Source of the DNA: Cyanophora paradoxa CCMP329
Taxonomy: Eukaryota; Plantae; Glaucophyta
Length of the DNA stretch: 64,000 bases
NCBI GenBank assembly: GCA_004431415.1
Contig: QPMI01000478.1
Span: forward strand, 1 to 64,000
Direction: 5' to 3'
Part shown: positions 25,201-37,200 of the stretch, one piece after another
Position numbering within the stretch: position 1 is the stretch's first letter
How the letters are laid out: every line of letters starts with the position of its first letter
Notes under the pieces: model-generated
Seen by the model: only the letters and a program-made list of their open reading frames with translations
Told to the model about the DNA's origin: nothing
The model's database searches: none
Translations under genes and position numbers: made by a program

Positions 25201-28200
25201 TTCACGGTCGTGGACGAACGTGACCTCGCCGCCGGAGCCGCCTCGAGCCCCTTCGACCTCATTTCCTCCACGTGTGCTAGCGCCTCATTTCCTCCCCCGG
25301 CGTAAATTCTAGCTCGCGCGGCCAGCGCTCATGCGGACCACGCAGGCCCGATGGCGTGCGTCTCATGTGGGTGAATGGAGCATCGTTCCTGAACAAAGTA
25401 CGCCATGCATTTGTATTTGATGAGATTCATTCGTGTCCTTTATCTCTATAACCAACTCCGGATCTGTCGCAGCAATACGCGATTGTTTCAATAGACGCCG
25501 ACTACCCCCAGTCCTCCTATGACATTGCCCTAGTGTATCCGAAGCCCAGCGGGAACGTTTCGATCGCCGCCTTCGGAAACCAGCACAACATCAAGGTTGT
25601 CGATGTCAGTCTCGTGCTGCCCGCGAATCCCAGTCCAAGTCGAAACGACCGCGAGGTCTACACCATTTTGCCTTTCGCGTACCCCGACAACCCATACAAG
25701 AAGCGTACTACAATTCCTCTCGGGTCGTCCATAACTCTGCAGTGAGTACTGTCAATTAGAAAATTGCAATGTGCTTCTTGCCTTGACAGGCGCTGTCCAT
25801 GGCAGGGTCTGCGTGGCGGCTAACAGCTATCCCATTGACTTCTCAGCGAATCCATCTCCTGTGAGCATTCCCGGCGTCTTCATCTTGTGTTTCTTAATCA
25901 TTTGGCGCGGCAGTTCGTTTTCAGTATCGGCCCTACGGCTTCGCTATCTGTCACTGTTCTCTCGGAAACCGTTCAGCCCGGCAGCTGCGGAAACATCACT
26001 GTCACAGCTGTTGCCGTAACGCCGACGACAATCCCCACCCATCAAATTACAAACGACGGAGGCGGCTGCACTACGACTGCTCGGACGTACAAGACTGACT
26101 ACGACGACTTGGCCGCGGGTGGATACGAGGTTTTCAAGCTCGGCTGGTCCACTAACTTTGGCTATAACGTGCATGCTCATCCCGCATCCGGACATGTCTA
26201 AATTCAAATGTTTTGTTAGGGAAAACTCGCTTATCATGTACTCCGCAGACTGGATTTTTGTCGTCGGATGTGTACACACGCTACCGCAGCTTTGTGGGAA
26301 GCGAGCCTGTCGCCGTCACGTACAACTCGAAGGAGTGGGCTTGGGCCAATGCGAGCCTTGAGGCGTCGGCGCCGGCCAGCCAAAACCGGTTCCAGAAGAA
26401 TTCCGTGCGACTCATGCACTTGCAGAATAAAAATTGCGGGCATTTTACTAATTCTTATTGTGCTGTAGATGTTCATCGCCGGTTTCAACTACAAGGTCAT
26501 GCCACCTGTGTCTCCGGTCGTCGTATTCGATCCGCCTCGCATCGTCAAGGGTTTCTACACCAAGGCTACTCTCAGCCGGGTGCGCTTCCGCATTGCCTCG
26601 GCTGCACTGCGAATCTCGTCGCTTCTAGAAGTTTTAATTTGACTTCGTTGTCCTTCGATTTAGATTGGCGATGCCGGCTTCTTGTCGTACGACGATTTTG
26701 TGGTCCTTCCGCCTTTCGATGCGACAGTAAAGTATGACGGGGCCGGAAATGTTCAGTTCCACAAGTTCACGGCGGGCGCGAACGGTTCCCTCACGCTGAA
26801 CCTCAAAATGACCGGCGACAGGACCAGCGATCCCCAGACCTTGAACCTTCTCTACAATTTCGACGGTTCGCATTGATTCCTTTCACTTCAGTCTTGCAAT
26901 AAACATTGCATGCACTTCTGCAGGAGGCCAAACAGCCGTGAACGTAACAAGCACGATTGAAGTCGTGTCGATGTACAATGTGACCTGCCCGACAATGACG
27001 TCGACGAGCACGAAACGCTGCCGCGTTGCCGCCGCTCCGTACAAGGTGCGCCCAAACATATGTATTGCAATTGCTGTTTAAGTTCTGGCGGTCAAGGGCA
27101 CGCATTTTAATCTTGGTCACCCGACAGCTAATGGCAGTCCCTGGCGGCGGCTATGCATATGTGCGTCCAGGCAGGCGTGCATGAAGTGTGTCGAAACACG
27201 CGCTGACTTTGCACCCCTTCCGCAGTACGCGATGGGCGCTGACGGTGTGGCTGCTGGAGATGGGTGCAGAGCGTACGGCACCACGGACTCTTCGAGAGGC
27301 TGCCCGTACATCCCTACCGGCGTGATGACGCTCCAGGTCCAAAGGCTTTCTGCTTACGCTCACACATATTAGCATGGAATAGCATGTTATAGCATATTAG
27401 CTTTCTGCTCTGCTGAAGTAGCATGTTATATATGCGCTCACATATTCGTAACGCAGTGGGGCTATAATCCGAAAGCTACCGACCTGAAGTTTGGCGATGT
27501 TAGATCGAAGTCCTGGCCGTACGGCATGTATAACTTCGACACTAATACGTGGAGGTGCTGCCCCACAAACGAATGATGCGTAAATGAAATCTGTATGAAT
27601 TCTGACGCCGCCCATGCACGTGCTGGTCCCAGAGTCCGCCCGACAACAGAGTACGGCGACATTGTCTTTGATGCAGCTACGGGGACTGCTTCAATAAGTT
27701 TCGACTCTGCGGCAACGCCGGGCAAGGATGACTCCGGAAACTTCCAACGACTTGGCTCGGCCGTTCTTCTTGATGCTGTCAAAATCATGTGGTCGGAATC
27801 GTGCGCGCTGCTGATCTCTACGATCTCGTACCTTGGTCTTGTTTGGACTGAGGTTTTGCGCAGCTTGACCAATCACGATCTGACGCCACTGACGCAAGTT
27901 CCATCGAATGCCGGAGACCAGACCGTTTATCAGTCTTTGGCACACAGTGCCGACGTCGTGCAGATTGTTTTGGGGACACCATCATGTCTCAAAACCCGCG
28001 CGCTGCCTGGCGCCACCACAACATGCACAATAGCGAGCGAACGGGGGGCAAACGCATACATGTGCAACTCCTACGTCGGTCCCCTCGGATCCTACGATCT
28101 CCGATATTCATGCTACGCTTCTAGTTCATCGGCGTCCGATTTCTATCTGTACGAGAGCGACATCACGATTAAACCGGCGACGCACGCGAATTTCACGGGC

Positions 28201-31200
28201 GTCTCGACCTCGGCCTCGACAGCTGGCGGCCTTGACTTCGGTGTCACAATCAACGCCACTGACTCGGCACTCGGCTACATCCCCGTGCAGGCGATGTGGA
28301 CGCAGCAGATGGCGGGGACTGCAACTGGCACGCTTGGCAGCTGGGTGCAGAAGATCGCCGTCATCGCCACACGCATCTCGTGCCCGGACTTCATCTTCCG
28401 CTATGCTGAGGACAAAGTCACATGCCAGCTGCTGCCAGATGGAAACAGCGCTTCCTTGACAAAGACGGACTTCGTTTCCATAACATCGAACTCCTCGAGC
28501 CTGACGTCGACGATTATCATGGGGAATGACGACGCGGCGTCCGGCGGGGTTTGTTGCTCTTCTTTTCATGTCTCCCGGTTCGTGCATACGGTCTCGAGCG
28601 TTCCGTCAATTCGCAGGTCAACTTCACCTTGGGAACGACCGGCTCAGCAGCTTTCCAGAGCCTTGCGGACTCAACGTTCAGCCTCACCGCTCGATACTCA
28701 TCCTCTTATGTTGCCGGCGCTGCCGAGGCGCCGTACACAGGGACATTTGTTTTCGGTGCGATCGCTCTCACTTTTGCCTGTCTATGTATGCGCTCTGAGC
28801 TTTCCCCGACAAACGTCAATGTGCAGGACCTACTGTGGATTTTGCGATTTCGTGCTCTGAGTACACTGTTCGCTATAGAGAGTTCACTACCTGCATGGTC
28901 CGTGCGACATTCGCGTTTGTGCTTGCGGAGAAAGCTGATCATTATTCACACTGGTGCAGGTCAACCAAACTACTGGCGCCAAGAAAGTTTCATCCTCGTA
29001 CTTCTTCGCCCCGCAAAGCGTTGATGCCAACGGCGTGACAAGGGATTACCTGAACTGCACTGCGGCTGGCTATGGTTACATCGATATTGCTCCCGGCGTT
29101 TTCAAATTCACTTGCCAGAGCATAGTGCTTGAGACGGCTGCCACCTACATCCGCATCCGTTGGGCCGGCGCTGGCGGCGGAAAGCTACCCGACACCCGGG
29201 TCTACCTCACGCTTCCGATCACGACACTCTCATGCCTTCCTACTCGGGTGGCCTACGGAGACAAGATCACCTGTGTATTGAGCTCGCCCGATGCGCCGCT
29301 GCCGACCACCATCATTTGGAACGGCGTCGCTACCAACCCAGATACCTCCTCCGGCGCCATAACGTGGAGCGGAGGCTGGAAGTCGTACGCTGGCACGCTC
29401 AACATTACCGGGGTCACCAACAAGGGTTCCGCAAACGAGACCATTACCGGTAAGGGTTTAAAGAAATGAAATGTACATGTAGTGCTCGCGTGGCGTCTAA
29501 TCAGGCGCTCTATTGCAGCAAAACTTGGTTTGATCGAGACCGGTGTCTCCAAATCTTCGCCGCCATCCTACGTCCAGATTATTAGAGTAGACGGCATTAC
29601 TTGCGTGCCCGGCACACGCGTTGCTTTCGGAGGCACAGCGAACTGCACCGTGAACAAGAACAGCGCCTCAGCGCCGCTGCTGACAACGGACATCGCGCTG
29701 AACCGCTCCGACTGCAAGCCGTCTGGAGCATCGCCTGGCACCTACTCGTCATTCACCTCGCTCGCCCTTGGGCCGGAGGCTGCTGGCTCTCTCACGTTTG
29801 GATTCAAGTCGCTGTCGGATAACGGTGACGACACGGCTGCCGCTGGTTGCGCCATTTTCGCCAGCTACGGGTCGTCTATCTCCGTTCTCCGCAGCCACAT
29901 CACATCCGTCACCACATCCACAATCAAGGCGACCATCACCTGCGCTCCGCCCACGACCATGTTTAAGTACGGCACGATTACCTGCTCGCTAATGCCCGCC
30001 ACTTCGTACAATCTGGCCACGGCCGATTTCGTCGCCGGGAGCCCGATCGTTGGCAGCGGGGGCCTGGTCATTGGCACCCTCACCAGCTGGCCCGCTGCCG
30101 GAGCGGTCCGTCTTGACGCGCGCTCACCTCCCTTTGTTCTGTCTTATTTTGCCCGCAGTTCAATTTCACAGTGACGAAATTCGACACGCTCAACGATCAG
30201 CCTTTCTCGCTTTCGGCCCGCTACTCGACCGGCGTGGACGCGAGCTACACGACAGCCACGACGTCCTCGTTCACCTTTGGGCCCGCCCTCGACTTCTCGA
30301 CCACGTGCTCGCCCTCTACGATCTCGTACAACCAGACCACCACCTGCGACGTCACGCAGACGGTCGGCTCGGCGCTCGGCAGCGACGCCTCCACGAAATT
30401 CAATGCTCCTACCTTCACGGACGCGGCGGCGCTCACCTGTGGCGCATATACGGATGTGGCCGCCGGCCATTTCAGATTCACTTGCCGAAGCCTTGTCGTG
30501 GAACGCTCTTCAGCTGTGCTCATTTCTCTTCCGTGGAAAGCGGGAGGCAGCAAGGCTGCATTCAACGTGACGCTCCAGACGTCGACAGCCATGTCGTGCA
30601 GTCCAAAGCGCGTCGCAGTCGGCGACAAAATCACTTGCACGCTCAGCTCCAACTATGCCCTCCCGCTCGACATCGCATCGTCCGCTTCATCCACCATCGG
30701 CGTCGTCTCGTTCGCCGGTCAGTCATGGCAGCAGTCCGGCAATAACCTCGTCATTCAGGGCACAGTGCAGAGCCCGTCAAAGAACGCCTCCGTTTGGGCT
30801 ATTCTGAAGGAAAGCAAAGTTTCTCCGCCCGATTACGTGCAGCTGGTCAAGGTCTCTACCATCGCATGCTCACCCGGCTCGAGCTCCCCTTACCGCGTTG
30901 CGTTCGGCGCCACGGTGACCTGCGTGATCAGCCCCGACGCCAGCTCGCCCGACCTTGTCGTGAACGACGTTCGCCTCAACAAGACCGACTGCCGCGCGGC
31001 AGGCACGAGCGGAGGCACTCCATCGAGCTTCGCGGGGCTGGTCCTCGGCTCGTCCGGCAGCCTTAACTTCACTTTCACCTCGAGCTCAATCACGGGCGAC
31101 GACGCGGCCGCCTCCGGGTGCTCTGCGGCGGTGGTGTACGGCTCGAGCATCTCCGCCGCGCAGGGCCTCGTCGCGACCATGCCGGTGTTCAAGACCATCT

Positions 31201-34200
31201 CGGCTCTCGTCAGCTGCCCGTCGGGAAGTTCAATCTTCAAGTACGGCCAGATCACATGCACGTTGGCCGCGAACACGTCGCACGCCCTCCAAGTTGGAGA
31301 CTTCGACGCGACAACACCCATATCGAGCGGCGCCGGCTCCAACCTGGTTCTTGGCTCCGTGCAGGCTGGGGTGCGCGCGTCTCTATCTATGCGCAGCTTC
31401 TAAATTTACGCACGTGCATAACCTGCTGACCATTATTTTGTGCAGCTCACTTTCACAGTGGGCGGCTTTACGGCGATCGGAAGCAGCACGTTCACGCTGA
31501 AGGCCCTCTACTCGCGGTCCGTGAGCGCAAGCGACGTGTTCACCGCGACCGCAACCTACGGGCCCGCCCTGGACTTCTCGGTCGCCTGCGACCAGGCGAG
31601 CGTGTATTTCGACGCCTCTACTGGCTGTGTGGTGCGCATTCGTATGCGTGGAAAGCTGGTTCTTGCCGCATCAACCTTCCAAGCACGTGTAACCGGCTGC
31701 GGCAGGTTCAACAAACCCAGGGCGCGCCTCTCGTCACTTCGTCTGTTTTCGAGGCTGCGCGCGTCCTCGACGGCAGCACGCTGCAATGCGGCGCGTACAC
31801 GGAGCTGCAGCCTGGCAAGTGGAACTTCACATGCGTCGGGAAGGTCGCGGAGAGCCCCGTCCCGGCCTCTATCGTCCTCGCCTGGGCCGGCGCTGGCGGA
31901 GGCCGCCTGCCACTGTACAACATTACGCTCTTCAAGGCTCGAATCTTCTGTTTCGGTCCTCGTTATTTCTGCGCTGATAATGAATGCGTGCTTTTCAGGT
32001 CGTTTCTTCAGTAAGCTGCGCGCCAGCACGCATTGCCGTCGGCGAGAAGACGAACTGCACGCTCAGCGCAAACCTGGCCATCACACCGTCAATTCTTGCG
32101 ACCACATCCACGTCCCTGGGCAGCGTTGGCCGGACACCGCTGACGTTCGGCACATGGGTGCAAGCAGGCAACAACCTGAAGGTCGAGGTCACTGCGGCTC
32201 TAGCTGTGAAGAATGAGAGCGTGACTGCACTTTTGAAGGGCGGAGCCCAGTCGGCGCCAGGCTTCGTGCAGGTGGTTGAGGTCGGAGCGATCGCATGCGC
32301 GCCTGGCCGCCGCCTGGCAATCAGCACCGAGGCTGAATGCTCGATAACCCCGACGGCCTACTCGGCTGACCTGCTTCCTACGGACTTGACCATCAGCGGC
32401 ACAGCCTGCGGCAACGGCTCAAACAGCTACACGGCTTTCAGCGCGCTCAGCGATGGCGACGGCGGTTCTGTCAATGTGACGTTTAGCGCGACGAACCCTG
32501 TCGGCCCGGCCTCGGCTGGCTCCTGCCCTCTCACTCTCGTGTACTCGACCGCCTTGTCGCCCACAAACGCATTGGCAAAGTCTACCACCTTCGCTGTTGT
32601 GGATTCCTACTTGATCTGTCCGAGCATTATCTGGAAGTACGGAACGGTGCGGGATCCTACCTTAAACTCAGTTTGCTTCCTCTAGTCGCGGATCAGTGAT
32701 TGCAATTGCGTTCCGCAGTTCATGTGCTCCATCTTGCCAGCGTCGAACCAGGTCCCGTCTCTGCAGCGGACCGACTTCGCGGACAGCGCCCCGATCTCGT
32801 CCAACGCCTCTCTTATCTTCGGAAACATTATTTCTTGGGCAGCGGCTGGCGGGGTGCGAGCGAGCCCTATACGCCAATATCGATCTTCACTTCCTCTGGC
32901 CTCTTGTTTCTGACTCGCTCGCCCCCTCGTCGCAGCTTAATTTCACTGTCTCGAATTTTACTGCGGCCCTGGATGCACCGTGGTACCTGCAGGCTACCTA
33001 CAGTCCGGCCATCAGTGGGCAGGCGGCTCTTAAGACCCTTGCTGCTACCTTCGGCCCCGCAATCGACTTCAGTCTCAACTGTACCTACGACGTTCTCGTT
33101 TGGGGCCAGACGACTGAATGCACGGTCCGTGCCTTTTGACTGGAAATGCAGGACACGCAGATCTCATAGATCTCATGTATTGTTCAGATCCGCCAAGTTG
33201 CTGGCTCGCCCACTCTAAACTCGTCCTACTTTGCGGCTGCTCGGAGCGTGCAGCACGCGCTGGACACCACGACGGGCCCGCACCTGTCATGCACGAGCTT
33301 CAACGACACGGAGCCTGGAGTCTTCACTTTCTCCTGCACCAGCCTGGTCATCAGGGCGCCCCGCCCGATGAAGATTGTTGTGCCTTGGAAGGGTCCTGAG
33401 GGCGGAGAGATCCCGTCCTTCTACGTGAAGCTGGACACGATCACGGAGCTCTCCTGCACTCCGCGGCGCGTCGCGGTGGGCGATGCCTTCAAGTGCACTC
33501 TGAGCGCCAACGGGCCGCTCAAGCCCTCGATGGCGATCCCGACGGACACGTCCCCGAATCCGCTTGGCGTGTCTTCGGACATCTCTCCCCTCAGCTTCAA
33601 CCTGGGAACATGGCAGCAGGAGGGAGATTCTCTTTCTATCAGGGCCACGGTCACGCGAACCTCGATTGGCGAAACGATCGTTGCGAACATGATCGGTGGA
33701 TATGGGTCGCCGCCTGTTACCATGGACTTTGTCAAGGTCGGTCGAGTCGACTGCGTGCCCGGCACCCGCGTGCTGCTTAACACGGCGGCGTCCTGCACCA
33801 TCTCGCCCGCGGCTGGCTCGCCAGGCCTGCTCGTCACCGACGTCAAGCTGAACAAGACGGAATGCGGCGCTGCAGGTAGCGCCAACTTCACTGGACTTGC
33901 TGCGTCCGCGAGCGAAGCTGGAAAACTGGTATTCACGTTCTTCGCCAACTCTGTGGTCGGGGACGATTCGACGGGCTGCGTTCTCCCGATCCGTTACACG
34001 ACGAACGTTTCAGAAACTGAGAGCGTGGCAATCAGCACGAAGTTTGATGTCGTCGATCGGTACAATCTCACCTGCGATTCATCCGCCATGCGCTGGGCAC
34101 GTCCAGCCTCGTTTGTGTGCAACCTGGTTGCCTGGAACTCTGGATCGGCATCGAGCGCCCTTGTTGACGCGGACCTTCAGCTCGCTTCCTCGCCAAACGT

Positions 34201-37200
34201 CGCTTACACGCGCTCGTCGCTTGCCCTCACATTCACGCACGCTGAGGTTGCCTCTTCACAGTACACGTTCTATGTGCGTGGATTTGTAATATATATTCTT
34301 TCGCACGAGCACCTCTGACGTAGACCTCACGGTCGCGCGCTGCAGTTGCGGTGGGCACCGAGCATCGTGCAGGCAGACGCGTTTGGCACAATCGACATCC
34401 CGTCCGTCTTCAGTGTGGACGTCGTTGAGGCCTCGCTCTCATGCACGAACACGGGCCGCCGCGTTCCATTTACGACGATGGCCTGCACGCTGACGCCGTC
34501 CGCGCGCTCGGTCAACCTCCAGACGACGGACGTCGCGGTCGCAGTTGACTCGGGTGCCGTCGACACTGGCTCTGTCACGGCTACCGCTTTGGGCAATGCC
34601 GGCTCCCTCACCTTCACTTACAACCCGCCCGCCACGCCGCTTACAAGTGCGTTTTAACTGCTTTTTGCGCCCGCTATATGTATGCATGCACACGCTCGCT
34701 TAAAACATCGATGTGACTAACGTGAATGCTCGCAATCACGTGCACGCGCAGCTGCGACTGTCCGCGTCAAATACGCGCAGGTCTGCCGTGATCATGATGC
34801 TGCAACGTTTTTTATATGGCGCTTCTGATGCGCGCATGTAGGGTATCGATGGCGTGGAGCAGTACATCGGCAACACCGGAACCGACGATCCGTCAAATAC
34901 AAGGAGCATCACCTTCGTTGCAGCGGACCTTAGTTGTCCAACGGAACGCCTGCGCCTGGGCGCATCAAAAGCTTGCACACTCACGGGCCGAGATGGATGG
35001 ACGGCGCCGATCCTCTCTGACTTGTCCGACTACGAAGTAACCGGCGCGGACCTGCTCGACTTTTACGGCACTCGCGCCGTGACATCTGCTACGCTCACGT
35101 CGCTTCAAGTCAGGGCAGACAAAGCTGGCACCCTTGCCACGCTCAAGGTTTACTACAGCAGTGCTGTCATTGCGACTCGAACTGCTCTAGACACGTCTGC
35201 TTCGGTGCGCTGAATGAATTCGCGCTGCAGTTTTTCGCGTGGCTTTAATGACGTCGACATTGCCTTCTGTGAACGCGCAGTTTACGGTCATCGAAACGCG
35301 TGTACTCAATCCGCTGCTCTGCAACACGACCCGAATTGCTGTGTCTGGTGTAGCCCGCTGCACGCTGTTCAAATCAGATGACAGCGCAGCGTTCCTTCCG
35401 GATGATTTCATTGGTACGCTGGCGGTTCATACTTGTCTGCAGGTGACACCATTGATATTGTTTGACCACGATCCTGCGTCAGATCAATACAATGTGCCCG
35501 CGTCGACCCGGGACCCGGTTGTCACCGCGCTAGGCCTTGACTTCGACTTCGAGACAACAATCGCAAACGGGTGAGACTTCGAATTCTGTCCAGAGGGCGT
35601 GTGTGTGTGCGTGTGAGCTCGGGCAGCTGACGCTGAGCGTCTCTGCAGGCCGACGTACACGTATACGCTAACGTTCACGTCGGGCATCGGAGGCGGGGAT
35701 GCTGGTTCGACGGCAATCACAATTATCGAGGGCGACCTGAGCTGCACGCCGCAACGGCGTGGGCCGAACACGACCTTTGCATGCCGGATCACTCCGACCC
35801 CGAACAGCGCGGCGCTCAAGCTCACTGACATTAGCGCACCTTACACAAATTCGCCGCTGCTGGTCGTCGGGCCGGCTCGGACGGATGCGAAGAACGCGTC
35901 CATCATCTTGTTCGAGGGGACGACCGTGGATGCTAACACAGCTTCCATCCTCGTTAGCTACAGCCCCGCGGTGCGCTGTGGACACCGCGCAGCGCGCCTA
36001 CGACCAGCACGTACATGTGCTAAACTGTGAACGTTGTTCCTGCAGCTTGGCGGCCCTCCGCTTGGCGCGTTTGTGTGCGTTTAATTTCAGTTTGCTTTTG
36101 CTGAATTCAAATGCATGGTATTTATTGACATCGCGGCCTCTCTCTGCAGCATGGCCGTCGTGGGGGCGCAGCTGGACTGCGATCCTCGCGTGCGAGCTGG
36201 ATCGAGATTGGCATGTCGAATCTTGCGAGCGCCCAACTCGCCGGCGCTGCTCACAACGGATGTTTTCGTTGCCGTGTATCGCATTGGCTACCGGCAGCTT
36301 ACGAACCGTCGCGCCTTTACGCAAGCCGGCAGCAACCTCCACACATACCTGCAGATTCCGCCCGCGCCACTCACTGGCGAGATGGGTATTGTGTCAGTTA
36401 ACTACGGAGGTGGCAAGCTCGGCACGTGGTATCCGATCGCCGCGCTGAGCTCCAACTTTACCGGTACGCTCGCACAATTGCTCGCCATGGACAATTTTGA
36501 ATGTATGATAATTAATTCTGTGCAGTTATTTGGGGCACTCTCAGCTGCAAGGAGCCGCGTCGCCGCGTCAACTCCATCGAACAGTGCTTCATCGACCGCG
36601 CCCCTCTCTCTTCTCCGCTTCGGCCGACGGACCTCGACGTTCCTTCGATGCGGGGGCAGATCTCCGATCCCACCACGCCTTTCGCACAAAACGGCTCGGT
36701 GCGCGTAGATGCAGCATCTGGTAGACGATCCACAAAAGACTAATCTTGTTTCCCGCAGCTGGCAATCAACGTCACGATGTCGACATACGGATCGGTTTCG
36801 CTCTCAGCGTTCTGGTCGGAGTCCGTGGACGACGGCCAGGCGCAGATCCCGTCGACGTACAACGTCACTGTGCTGGACGGGCGGGCCTCGTGCTCTCCGA
36901 GCCGTATCGCGGTCGGCTCCAACGTGAGCTGCGTGGTCCTGCCGACCCCCGGCTCGGCGGACCTCGTGCCCGAGGACGTGAAGCCCGCCCCTGTGCCCGG
37001 CGGGTACATCGCGTCCGGCGATCTCGTACCGATCAACGGCAGCATCACGTTCAGCGCCCTCGCCGTCGAGGCGAAGGACGCGGTCCCTGTTTCTGTCTCC
37101 TGGAGCGACGGCCTCGACGGCGGCGAGCTCGCTGCTCAGCTCGTCGATGTCATTCGCGCCAATCTGAGCTGCTTGCCTCGTGCCCGGGAGGGCTACGCAA

